From contig JAUIIM010000005.1 in assembly GCA_030431785.1 (NCBI GenBank), positions 1-51,796 on the forward strand: a stretch of DNA of 51,796 nt, written 5' to 3'. Position numbers and translations under genes: made by a program. Source of the DNA: Acidimicrobiia bacterium (lineage in GTDB: Bacteria > Actinomycetota > Acidimicrobiia > Spongiisociales > UBA5794). Position 1 is the first letter of the stretch. Each line of letters starts with the position of its first letter. Below the pieces are notes generated by a model. The model saw only the letters and a program-made list of their open reading frames with translations. It was not told where the DNA came from and ran no database searches. Positions 40,534-49,046 of this stretch are shown piece after piece.

Positions 40534-40584
40534 TCTGATACCTGGTATCTGATACCTGGTATCTGGTATCTGGTATCTGGTATC
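40534..40584. repeat. 7-mer array TCTGGTA/TCTGATA x7
   Basis: tctgata cctggta tctgata cctggta tctggta tctggta tctggta; ends 3 nt from the SPFH stop. Confidence 0.92.
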
Positions 40585-40587
40585 GGT

Positions 40588-41511
40588 CTACTGTCCGGCG
40601 GCGTCTCGCTGCGAGTCTGCGAAGAGCTCACCCATGGCACCGATGCTTGCGAGGATCGATGTGGTCTCCATCGGGAGATAGATCTTCGTCGCCTGGCCAT
40701 CGGCGATTCCCTGGAGTGCTTCCAGGTATCGGATGGCGATGAGGTCCGGTGTGGGATCTCCGGTGTGAATCGCCGAGAAGACTCGCTCGATCGCTCGACC
40801 TTCACCCTCGGCCACCGTCTCTCGCTCGTAGCGCTGAGCGTCGGCCACGGTCTTGATGGCGTCTGCCTGTCCCTGCGCATCGAGAATGCGGGATTCCTTG
40901 ATCCCTTCCGCCTTGAGAATCGCTGATCGCTTCTCACCCTCGGCCTCGGTGACGAGTGCACGACGGTCGCGCTCTGCCTTCATCTGGCGGTGCATGGCGT
41001 CGGTCACATCGCCTGGTGGGTCGATCCGCTGGATCTCGACTCGGACGACACGGGTACCCCACACATCGGTCGCTTCATCGAGGATGACTCGGAGCTCTGT
41101 GTTGATCGTCTCGCGAGAAGTGAGCGCATCGTCGAGATCCATGTCACCGACGACGTTCCTGAGGTTCGTCTGGGCGAGCTTGGTCGCTGCGATGATGAAG
41201 TTGCGCACGTTGTACGCCAGCTTGACCGGATCGGTTGCCTGGTAGTACACGACCGCATCCACCGTCACCACGACGTTGTCCTTGGTGATCACTTCCTGTG
41301 GCGGAACGTCCACGACCTGCTCTCGCATGTCGATCTTCTGCACCCGCTCGATGAACGGGATGATCATGTGGAACCCCGGATCGAGCGTCTTGCGGTATCG
41401 ACCGAACCGCTCAACGAGACCCTGCTCGTGCTGTTGGACGATCTTGATCGCCAGTGCGACATAGACGACCAGCACGAAGATCAGGATGAACAAGATCACT
41501 GCTGCTTCCAT
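40588..41511 (-). CDS. SPFH/Band 7 (stomatin-like) protein
   Basis: [24 protein letters not shown] and QMKAER motifs. Confidence 0.95.
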   Translation of the reverse strand: MEAAVILFILIFVLVVYVALAIKIVQQHEQGLVERFGRYRKTLDPGFHMIIPFIERVQKIDMREQVVDVPPQEVITKDNVVVTVDAVVYYQATDPVKLAYNVRNFIIAATKLAQTNLRNVVGDMDLDDALTSRETINTELRVILDEATDVWGTRVVRVEIQRIDPPGDVTDAMHRQMKAERDRRALVTEAEGEKRSAILKAEGIKESRILDAQGQADAIKTVADAQRYERETVAEGEGRAIERVFSAIHTGDPTPDLIAIRYLEALQGIADGQATKIYLPMETTSILASIGAMGELFADSQRDAAGQ

Positions 41512-41559
41512 GGCTGCCCCTTTCTGGTTGGTGTTTCCGTCATTGATTTCGTCATTGGT

Positions 41560-42324
41560 TCATCGAGGTTCGACGACGAGCCGCGCACCGCGGACCTCGA
41601 CCACTCGGACCTCAGAGCCAGCCGGAATCGGTGTGTCCCCGTCCGTGGTGGCACGCCAGTCCTCAGTGCCCATCTTCACCCGTCCGGTTCCCTGGAGGCG
41701 GTTGACCTCCTGGGTTACGAGGGCTGATGAGCCGATGTAGCGCGCCGCACCGACCGGCAGGAGTTCACCGTGTACGTCCTTCACTGCGACTCGCTGGAGG
41801 AGCCAGAGGAACAAGACCGAAACGACCATGAACACGGTGATCTGGATCGGAATCCCGATACCGACGATGGCGAGGATGCCTGCCGCTCCCGCACCCACCG
41901 CGAAGGGCAGGAGGAAGAAGCCTGCGGTGAGCATCTCGCCGACCGCAAGGACCCCGGCAGCGATGAGCCAAACCGTCGTCCATTGGCTTTGATCGTACGA
42001 GTCGTCGGTTGGAGCGAGGAAGGCCACCAGTGCAACGAGGACGACGATGCCGGCGGCACCCAGCCAGAGTCCCCACGAGCCCATGCGCATCGACGTACGG
42101 GGGAGTGAGGGACTGCTCGGGTGGTTGCCCGATGCCCATGCGGCTGCGAACGCTTCGAGATCGTCGCCCACCACCGACTTCACCGACTTTCCAGCGCGCT
42201 GCGCCTCCTGGAGGTGCGACCGAAGTTCGATCGCCATGTCCGATGCCGTCCCGGTGTCGACCCCGGAACCAATCCAGTAGGTGCGACACCGATCGACGAT
42301 CTGTTCGTTGGTCAGATCGGTCAC
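41560..42324 (-). CDS. NfeD-family membrane protein with extra N-terminal helical (HAAS/DUF1048-like) domain
   Basis: C-terminal GEMLTAGFFLLPF, GRVKMGTEDWRA and VRVVEVRGARLVVEP; N-terminal ELRSHLQEAQRAGKSVKSVVGDD; GTGA overlap with the padR stop. Confidence 0.8.
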   Translation of the reverse strand: MTDLTNEQIVDRCRTYWIGSGVDTGTASDMAIELRSHLQEAQRAGKSVKSVVGDDLEAFAAAWASGNHPSSPSLPRTSMRMGSWGLWLGAAGIVVLVALVAFLAPTDDSYDQSQWTTVWLIAAGVLAVGEMLTAGFFLLPFAVGAGAAGILAIVGIGIPIQITVFMVVSVLFLWLLQRVAVKDVHGELLPVGAARYIGSSALVTQEVNRLQGTGRVKMGTEDWRATTDGDTPIPAGSEVRVVEVRGARLVVEPR

Positions 42325-42662
42325 CCGTTCTCTCCCTTCACGACGAGGTTCACCCCGGTACTCAGGGCTTCCCATTCCTTCTTCCATTCCTTCAACCGCT
42401 GTTTGCCGTTCTTTGCAATGCGGTAGTACTTGCGGGGCGGTCCGGGTCCGTCGGCCTCGACAAAGTACCCCTCGATCAACCCGGATCGCTGCATTCGCGA
42501 CAACGACGGGTAGATGGAGCCTTCGCTCACGAGGTCAAGACCCTGTTCTGACAGTTTGTTCGCCATCTCGTATCCATAGCTCGGCTCCTCCTCGATGAGT
42601 GCCAGGAGGCACATGTCCAGGACTCCCCTGAGCAATTGTGACCGGTGATCCGTTCGGGGCAT
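42321..42662 (-). CDS. PadR family transcriptional regulator
   Basis: QLLRGVLDMCLL, YGYE, EGSIYP.L.R and GPPRKYY motifs. Confidence 0.95.
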   Translation of the reverse strand: MPRTDHRSQLLRGVLDMCLLALIEEEPSYGYEMANKLSEQGLDLVSEGSIYPSLSRMQRSGLIEGYFVEADGPGPPRKYYRIAKNGKQRLKEWKKEWEALSTGVNLVVKGENG

Positions 42663-42694
42663 CGGTTGTCTCGCCTAATATCGTGGTTGTCAAA

Positions 42695-42737
42695 ATATCT
42701 TGCATACACAGATATCAAACTATCGGCAGTATGTCAA
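42695..42737 (-). promoter_or_regulatory. padR promoter (TTGACA-17-TATCTG) with ATATCT-N9-AGATAT inverted repeat over the -10
   Basis: Read directly; AT-rich patch in a GC-rich genome. Confidence 0.65.
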
Positions 42738-42772
42738 GAAGTCTTTAGCTGCTGTGCAGGGTGTTGTTGCTT

Positions 42773-42804
42773 CGCTTCCGCGCCTACGCCCCGACACGCC
42801 TACC
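42773..42804. repeat. Degenerate CGCCTACn 8-mer array x4
   Basis: cgcttccg cgcctacg ccccgaca cgcctacc; same family as 4623-4651. Confidence 0.6.
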
Positions 42805-42814
42805 CTCCGGATTC

Positions 42815-43738
42815 ATGCCACGTCGTCCACTCCTGATCGCCGCAATCGGTCTGCTCGTGCTCGCCGCGTGTACCGATCAATCCGAGCCGACGTCCACGAC
42901 GGCATCGACGTCGACGACCACCGTTGCGCCGTTGACCACATTGGCGCCGCAGTCCACGACCACGACCCTGCCGCCGACGACGACGACCACGACGGAACCG
43001 TTGCCCACAAACGACTGTGTCGTCGGGTCCGAGACCGATGTCGAGGGCTACACGCAGGGATGCTCGGTGCTCGGTTTCGAGATACGCGCAGGAGAGGACG
43101 TGGCGCCGGAAGCGGTTACCGCGATGGCGGACCATGTCTATGAGATGCTGGTCCTCCGTCCGGACCTCACGGCGGCGATGCTCGAGCAGGACGTTGGATT
43201 CCGCGTCATCGGGCAGGACCAGCGTCTCACCAGCCTCCCCGAGTACGGGGACCTCTATGACCTGTACCCGGGTACGGACTGGGCGCGTGCGGCGCGGGCG
43301 TTCCCCGGTACCGACCTGATCCCATACGTAGCCGGTGCGGAAGAGAACCTCTTGTGTCTCGCCGACGACCGCTACGAGGGTGAGGACAACTTCATGCGCG
43401 ACCTGGCCCTGGCGATCCGCCGCTTCGGGCTGTTCGTCGCGGATCCGCTCACGTCCGAGCTCATCGACCAGGCCTACGGGACAGCGATCGCCCAAGGGCT
43501 CTGGGTGAACACCCTCGCTGAGATCAACTCGGATGAGTACTGGGCGGAGGGAGTGCAGAGCTTCTTCGATGCGAACCTCGAGGAGCCGGAAGATCGTCCG
43601 CCGAACTCGAGTCACAACCACGTCGACACCCGCGATGAGTTGCGTCTCTATGACCCGACGCTCCACGACCTCGTGTGGTCGGTGTTCGGCGACAACGAGT
43701 GGCGGCCCTGCGCAGCGGCCGTTGCCGACGACGGCTGA
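42815..43738 (+). CDS. Lipoprotein, zincin-like fold lacking HExxH
   Basis: Lipobox VLAAC and Thr-rich linker; EENLLC..D.YEGE, EYWAEGVQSFFD and HNHVDTRDEL..YDP motifs. Confidence 0.75.
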   Translation: MPRRPLLIAAIGLLVLAACTDQSEPTSTTASTSTTTVAPLTTLAPQSTTTTLPPTTTTTTEPLPTNDCVVGSETDVEGYTQGCSVLGFEIRAGEDVAPEAVTAMADHVYEMLVLRPDLTAAMLEQDVGFRVIGQDQRLTSLPEYGDLYDLYPGTDWARAARAFPGTDLIPYVAGAEENLLCLADDRYEGEDNFMRDLALAIRRFGLFVADPLTSELIDQAYGTAIAQGLWVNTLAEINSDEYWAEGVQSFFDANLEEPEDRPPNSSHNHVDTRDELRLYDPTLHDLVWSVFGDNEWRPCAAAVADDG

Positions 43739-43753
43739 TTCGTCGGTTTCCCC

Positions 43754-43784
43754 TTGACTTCAAGTGTGGTTGAAGTCGTACGGT
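43754..43784 (+). promoter_or_regulatory. MerR/SoxR-type promoter (TTGACT-19-TACGGT) with sox-box-like palindrome
   Basis: gacttcaa-gtgtgg-ttgaagtc; 19-bp spacer; ATG 6 nt after the -10. Confidence 0.75.
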
Positions 43785-43790
43785 GATGCC

Positions 43791-44159
43791 ATGACGATCA
43801 CACGAAACGACATTGAACGCCTTGCAGGCATACGAACTGTCGATCTGACCACCGTCGGGCGCGTGTCCGGTCACGCCCGCACCGTCGAGATCTGGTGGTT
43901 CCGATTCGAAGACAGATTTATCATCACCGGGACACCGGGTCGCAGGGATTGGTTGGCCAACGTGCGCGCCGACCCGACGGTGGTGATCGCCGCCGGAGGG
44001 GTGTGCTACCGGGGGGTGGCGGTCGAGGTCACCGACCCGCGCTGGAAGCGGTCGTTCTTCGAGCATCGCCAAGCGAGCTGGTACCGGACACAGGCCGAAC
44101 TCGATGCCCTGGTTGCCGCCGCCCCGATGATCGAGATCGCAAGTCTCCAACCGATGTGA
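43791..44159 (+). CDS. Deazaflavin(F420)-dependent nitroreductase/quinone reductase family protein
   Basis: LTTVGRVSGHARTVEIW and DWLANVRADP.V motifs. Confidence 0.8.
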   Translation: MTITRNDIERLAGIRTVDLTTVGRVSGHARTVEIWWFRFEDRFIITGTPGRRDWLANVRADPTVVIAAGGVCYRGVAVEVTDPRWKRSFFEHRQASWYRTQAELDALVAAAPMIEIASLQPM

Positions 44160-44188
44160 CCGGAGCCTGTCGACTCCCGTCCACCGCA

Positions 44189-46768
44189 TCAGCCCCCGGT
44201 GGTCTCGAACATGAGGGCATCTTGCTCGACGCCAATGGTCACGCCCGCACCCTCGGTGATGCGGCCATCGAGAAGCTCGAGGGCCAGTGGGTCTGCGATC
44301 GCCGTCTGGATCAGTCGCTTCAGCGGTCGGGCGCCATAGGCGGGGTCATAGCCATGCTGGGTCAACCAGTCGATGGCATCTCCGTTCAATGAGATGTCGA
44401 TTCCGCGATCCGCGATCCGCTGCCTGAGTACCTCGAACTGGACCTCGACGATCCGTGCGAGGTCGTCCTTCGACAGTCGATGGAACACGATCGTGTCGTC
44501 GATCCGGTTGAGGAACTCCGGTCGGAAGTGTTCGCGTACGGCACCCATGACCCGGTCCGCGACGACGTCCTGCGGCAGGTCGGGGTCGATGAACTCGGAT
44601 CCCAGGTTCGACGTCATCACCAGGACGGCGTTGGTGAAGTCGACCGTACGTCCCTGTCCGTCGGTCAGGCGCCCGTCGTCGAGGAGCTGGAGCAAGGTGT
44701 TGAAGACATCAGGATGCGCCTTCTCCACCTCGTCGAGCAGGATGACCGAGTAGGGCCTCCGCCTCACGGCTTCGGTGAGTTGCCCGCCTTCGTCATATCC
44801 GACGTAGCCGGGTGGAGCACCGATGAGGCGGCTCACGGAGTGCTTCTCCATGTACTCGGACATGTCGATCCGGACCATCGCCCGCTCGTCGTCGAAGAGG
44901 AACTCGGCGAGCGCTCGGGCGAGTTCGGTCTTTCCGACCCCTGTGGGTCCGAGGAACAGGAACGAACCGATGGGTCGGTTCGGATCGGACAAACCGGCAC
45001 GTGAACGGCGGATCGCGTTGGAGATCGCGCCGACCGCCTCGTCTTGGCCCACGACACGCTCGTGGAGGTGTTCTTCGAGGTGGACGAGCTTCTGCATCTC
45101 GCCCTCCATCAGCTTTGAGACGGGGATTCCGGTCCACCGACTGACGACCTCGGCGATGTCCTCCTCATCGACCTCTTCCTTGAGCATCGCAACATCGTCT
45201 TGGAGATCGTCGAGGCGTCCTTGCGCAGTGGCGAGCGCAGTGTCGAGCGAGGGGAGCGTTGCGTACTTCAACTCCGCGGCGCGTTCGAGATCTCCCGAGC
45301 GTTCCGCACGGTCCGCTTCCACCTTTGCATCGTCGATCGCCTGCTTCGTCCGCTGGATCTCTGCGATCGCTTCTTTCTCGAGCTCCCAATGTGCGACGAG
45401 CGCATCGAGGGTCTCGCCGAGGTCGGAGAGCTCCTTCTCGATGGTCTCGAGTCGTTGGGCCGAGGCCTTGTCGTCTTCCTTCGACAGGGCCTGTCGTTCG
45501 ATCTCGAGCTGGCGTCGCCGACGTTCCAGCGTGTCGATCTCCTCGGGCATCGAGTCGATCTCGATACGGAGTCGGGATGCGGCTTCATCGATCAGGTCGA
45601 TCGCTTTGTCGGGTAGGTGCCGAGCGGTGACGTACCGATCCGACAACACCGACGCAGCCACCAACGCTGCGTCGGTGATGCGTACGCCGTGGTGGACCTC
45701 GTAGCGTTCCTTGATGCCGCGCAGGATGCCGATCGTGTCCTCCGCGGACGGGGGCTCGACCATCACCGGTTGGAACCGGCGTTCGAGCGCGGCATCCTTT
45801 TCGACGTACTTGCGGAACTCGTCGAGCGTGGTCGCACCGACCATCCGCAATTCCCCGCGAGCGAGCATGGGCTTCAGCATGTTCGATGCATCCATCGAAC
45901 CCTCGCTTGCACCCGCACCGACGATCGTGTGCATCTCGTCGATGAACGTGATGACCTGGCCCTCGGATTCCTTGATCTCGTTCAGCACGGCCTGGAGCCG
46001 CTCCTCGAACTCGCCTCGGTACTTCGCTCCGGCGATGAGCGCACCGATGTCGAGAGCGATCAAACGGCGGTTCTTGAGACTCTCGGGAACGTCACCGTCG
46101 ACGATTCGCTGTGCGAGGCCTTCAGCGATCGCCGTCTTTCCGACGCCGGGTTCGCCGATCAGCACAGGGTTGTTCTTGGTGCGTCGGCTCAGCACTTGTA
46201 CGACACGGCGGATCTCCTCGTCGCGGCCGATGACCGGGTCCAACTTCCCGAGTCTGGCGTCCTCGGTGAGGTCCCGTCCGTATTGGTCGAGAGGGGCGAA
46301 GGTTGCTTCGGGATCCTGCGAGGTGATCCGTTGTGATCCGCGTACGTCGGTCAGGATGGCCTCGATCGCGTCCTGTGTCACGCCGTTCGAACGGAGGAGC
46401 TCTCCGACCGGTGTGGTGGAACCTGCCAATGCCATGAGGATGTGTTCGACGGAGGTATAGGCATCGCCCATCGCCTCACGCCGAACCCCTGCGGCGTTCA
46501 AGATGTCGACGGTGGCGCGTGCGAACGCCGGTTCATCTCCGCCTTGCATCGCAGGACGTTCACGCAGCGCGGCGTTCATCGGACCCGTGATGTCGGCGAC
46601 GTGCACGTCCAGCTTTGCGAAGATGGGATAGGCGATCCCATCGGTCTGCGTGAGCAATCCCGCGAGGAGGTGGTCGGGTCCCACATCGGGATGGTTGGAC
46701 TGCGCGGCGAGATCGCGCGCTGCCATGAGCGCCTGTTGGGATCGATGGGTGAACGTATTGATGTCCAT
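44189..46768 (-). CDS. clpB: ATP-dependent chaperone ClpB
   Basis: Two AAA modules ([16 protein letters not shown]), coiled-coil M domain with [18 protein letters not shown]; 859 aa. Confidence 0.98.
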   Translation of the reverse strand: MDINTFTHRSQQALMAARDLAAQSNHPDVGPDHLLAGLLTQTDGIAYPIFAKLDVHVADITGPMNAALRERPAMQGGDEPAFARATVDILNAAGVRREAMGDAYTSVEHILMALAGSTTPVGELLRSNGVTQDAIEAILTDVRGSQRITSQDPEATFAPLDQYGRDLTEDARLGKLDPVIGRDEEIRRVVQVLSRRTKNNPVLIGEPGVGKTAIAEGLAQRIVDGDVPESLKNRRLIALDIGALIAGAKYRGEFEERLQAVLNEIKESEGQVITFIDEMHTIVGAGASEGSMDASNMLKPMLARGELRMVGATTLDEFRKYVEKDAALERRFQPVMVEPPSAEDTIGILRGIKERYEVHHGVRITDAALVAASVLSDRYVTARHLPDKAIDLIDEAASRLRIEIDSMPEEIDTLERRRRQLEIERQALSKEDDKASAQRLETIEKELSDLGETLDALVAHWELEKEAIAEIQRTKQAIDDAKVEADRAERSGDLERAAELKYATLPSLDTALATAQGRLDDLQDDVAMLKEEVDEEDIAEVVSRWTGIPVSKLMEGEMQKLVHLEEHLHERVVGQDEAVGAISNAIRRSRAGLSDPNRPIGSFLFLGPTGVGKTELARALAEFLFDDERAMVRIDMSEYMEKHSVSRLIGAPPGYVGYDEGGQLTEAVRRRPYSVILLDEVEKAHPDVFNTLLQLLDDGRLTDGQGRTVDFTNAVLVMTSNLGSEFIDPDLPQDVVADRVMGAVREHFRPEFLNRIDDTIVFHRLSKDDLARIVEVQFEVLRQRIADRGIDISLNGDAIDWLTQHGYDPAYGARPLKRLIQTAIADPLALELLDGRITEGAGVTIGVEQDALMFETTGG

Positions 46769-46813
46769 GGGTGGAAGTGGTCTCCGGGTAATCTAGCGAA
46801 CGGTTCACCAGTA

Positions 46814-46840
46814 CAACGTCGAACATGAGCGGTTTATGCC
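46814..46840 (-). promoter_or_regulatory. Possible SigR/SigH-type promoter of clpB (GGCAT-N18-GTTG)
   Basis: One mismatch to GGAAT-N18-GTT. Confidence 0.4.
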
Positions 46841-46846
46841 AAGAAA

Positions 46847-46867
46847 TATGAGTCGAGTTGACTCAGA
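46847..46867. promoter_or_regulatory. HAIR-like operator (HspR) upstream of clpB
   Basis: taTGAGT-cgagttg-ACTCAga versus consensus CTTGAGT-N7-ACTCAAG. Confidence 0.65.
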
Positions 46868-47342
46868 TAGTGACGAACCGCAGCGTCTGGGTGGTGGTTG
46901 GGTTGCTGTCCAAGCGGTGATGCTCGGGTTCTTCCTCGTTGCGCTCATCCTCGGCGAGCCGATCGGCGAGTTCGAAGGTCGGATCTATGTCCAGTCGTTC
47001 GGCCTGCTCATCGCTCTCGTCGGCGTGGGGCTTTCGGTCTGGTCGTGGATCCAGCACGGCGCCGTGGTATCCCCGTTCCCCGCTCCCCGGGAGGGTGCGA
47101 CCCTCATCGAGACAGGCCCATATCGTTTCGTGCGGCACCCGATGTACACCGGTGTCATCGCATTCGTATTCGGTACCGGGGTCACCTACTTGGTTCCCGC
47201 TGCCATCCTCGTGGCGCCGGCGCTCTTCATCTTCTTTCTCGTCAAGTCAGCGCGTGAGGAAGAGATGCTGGCCAATGCGATCGCTGGCTATCGGCAGTAC
47301 CGCGCCGACGTCCCCTGGAAGCTGATCCCGAAAGTGATCTGA
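46848..47342 (+). CDS. Isoprenylcysteine carboxyl methyltransferase/PEMT family membrane protein
   Basis: LIETGPYRFVRHPMYTG, REEEML and YRQY..VPWKLIP motifs; start uncertain. Confidence 0.85.
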   Translation: MSRVDSDSDEPQRLGGGWVAVQAVMLGFFLVALILGEPIGEFEGRIYVQSFGLLIALVGVGLSVWSWIQHGAVVSPFPAPREGATLIETGPYRFVRHPMYTGVIAFVFGTGVTYLVPAAILVAPALFIFFLVKSAREEEMLANAIAGYRQYRADVPWKLIPKVI

Positions 47343-47350
47343 GCTCGCAC

Positions 47351-47426
47351 AGATCACGGATCACGGATCACGGATCACGGATCACGGATCACGGGTCACG
47401 GATCACGGGTCACGGATCACGGATCA
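47351..47426. repeat. 7-mer array GGATCAC x11
   Basis: Read directly; two GGGTCAC variants and one AGATCAC. Confidence 0.97.
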
Positions 47427-47433
47427 GCATCGG

Positions 47434-47502
47434 TGGCTCATGGCTCATGGCTCATGGCTCATGGCTTATGGCTCATGGCTCATGGCCCATGGCTCATGGC
47501 TT
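47434..47502. repeat. 7-mer array TGGCTCA x9.8
   Basis: Read directly; variants TGGCTTA and TGGCCCA. Confidence 0.97.
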
Positions 47503-47503
47503 C

Positions 47504-47561
47504 GCTCCTAGGCAACCATGGCGAGGAGCTAGGAGCGAGGAGCCAGAAGCTCCTAGGCAAC
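47504..47561. repeat. nAGGAGC 7-mer array bracketed by 13-bp direct repeat GCTCCTAGGCAAC
   Basis: Copies at 47504-47516 and 47549-47561; between them gaggagc taggagc gaggagc cagaagc. Confidence 0.8.
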
Positions 47562-48182
47562 AATCATCTCGGCGTCGGGTTGTTGGAACACGAATGCCAC
47601 CGCGAGGGCTTCGTCCCTCGGCCAACCCGACAGTGTTTGCGAGGCAGTCGCATTCGCATAGGAGCGGAACTCGCTCCACGTCATCATCGTCTGTGGGGTG
47701 ACCGCAAGGCTTTGGTCCGGCTTCTCGCTGAGCGTGCCGGCGACGAACGAGAAGGCATCCATCTCGACCACCGCGAGATCGAGTTCCTCGCAGCGTCGGA
47801 TGAACTGTTCTGCGGTCGAACGATCGAAGAAGCCCTCACCGTCCTCCGTGCGGTGGACGATTTGTTCGTCGAACTCGGCGAGGAGCTCCTTCGTCGCAGG
47901 GTGTTCGTCATCCCACTGTTGGTCTTGTGCGGCTTGGCGGAGTTCGGCGAGGTCGTCGTCGAGCCCATCGGGATCGACCATGCGGATGGCCGTATCGAGT
48001 CGAAGTTGGAGCTCGCGCACGTCGAGGTCGTGGACGTCACCATCGGCATCCGGATAGATCTGTACCACGGTGGTCTCTCCATCGTGGAACACCATGCCGA
48101 CGAACTCTTGTCCACGCCACATCTCGACGATCGGTCCGTCGAAGTCGTCGCGTTCGGTTTCTACGAGTTGGATGGGCAGCAT
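47553..48182 (-). CDS. Acidic hypothetical protein
   Basis: Long ORF with GC-skewed codon usage; start MLPIQ chosen (TATCCT upstream); family not recognised. Confidence 0.7.
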   Translation of the reverse strand: MLPIQLVETERDDFDGPIVEMWRGQEFVGMVFHDGETTVVQIYPDADGDVHDLDVRELQLRLDTAIRMVDPDGLDDDLAELRQAAQDQQWDDEHPATKELLAEFDEQIVHRTEDGEGFFDRSTAEQFIRRCEELDLAVVEMDAFSFVAGTLSEKPDQSLAVTPQTMMTWSEFRSYANATASQTLSGWPRDEALAVAFVFQQPDAEMIVA

Positions 48183-48221
48183 ATGTCGTGAGGATAGGCG
48201 GCGGACCCACACTCGGACGAC

Positions 48222-48587
48222 TCACCTCTGACCGATGATCACCACGACCAGTCCGACGGCCATGTAGATCGCTCCCAGGAGAAGTGGCATGTTGGTCGTC
48301 ACCGTCTCCGTGCCGCGAGGCGTCTCCCAGTTCGCTCCGTTGATGGCCAGGTCGATCAGGGAGCCGGTGACGGGTCCGAGGATCATCGTGAGGATCCCCA
48401 GGACGATCGTTGCGTAGCCGAACCCGACCAAGTAGTCGATCCCCTCACACGAGGCGCCGACGATCGTCCCGTCGCAGAAGTCGGGCCAACGCGGAACGGA
48501 GATCCAGGCGACGATCCATGCCGCGAGGAGACCGGCAGCGAACAGCACGGTCGTCCGAATCCATCGGTTCTGCAGTAGCGAGCGCAT
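48222..48587 (-). CDS. Small membrane protein, hypothetical
   Basis: Three hydrophobic segments; TAGGGT-6nt-ATG. Confidence 0.7.
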   Translation of the reverse strand: MRSLLQNRWIRTTVLFAAGLLAAWIVAWISVPRWPDFCDGTIVGASCEGIDYLVGFGYATIVLGILTMILGPVTGSLIDLAINGANWETPRGTETVTTNMPLLLGAIYMAVGLVVVIIGQR

Positions 48588-48604
48588 GTGGCAACCCTAG
48601 ATCA

Positions 48605-48995
48605 TCGATTCCGATCCCAGATTTCAGATGCCAGATTCCAGATCCCCGCGCCTATGCGCCTACGCGCCGTCACGCTCGGATCATGGATCATGGATCATGG
48701 ATCATCGATCCGGCGCAGCCAGGAGCCAGGAGCTAGGAGCCAGGAGCCAGGAGCGGCGCGCCTGTACGCCTACGCGCCTCCGCGCTCGTACGTCGGATGG
48801 TCAGATTGTCGGATTGTCGGACCGCGCCCTTCCACCCCTGGGAGGTAATCATGGGTCCGTGGTAGCCAGGAGCCAGGAGCCAGGAGCCAGGAGCTGGCAC
48901 TACGATCCAGGAACGAGGAGCGGCGTGCCTATGCGCCTCCACGCGAACGCGCCACCACGCCACCACGCCCCCTCGCCCCAGCGCCCATACGCCTC
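48605..48995. repeat. Mosaic of about 9 consecutive 7/8-mer tandem blocks
   Basis: CAGATnn x5, CGCGCCTA x3, GGATCAT x4, AGCCAGG x5, CGCGCCTn x3, GTCGGATT x4, AGCCAGG x4, a degenerate AGGA pair and nnCGCCnn x9. Confidence 0.92.
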
Positions 48996-49046
48996 CTCCA
49001 CTAGTCTCGGGAGGGATTCCACGTCGTCGCAGCGGAAGGAAGTGTG

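Noticed and set aside
46824-46844. Second HAIR box
   Set aside because: CATGAGC...GCCAAG has the wrong spacing and several mismatches.
47351-48995. CRISPR array
   Set aside because: Units are 7-8 bp in tandem with no 23-47 bp repeats or unique spacers, and no cas genes are present.
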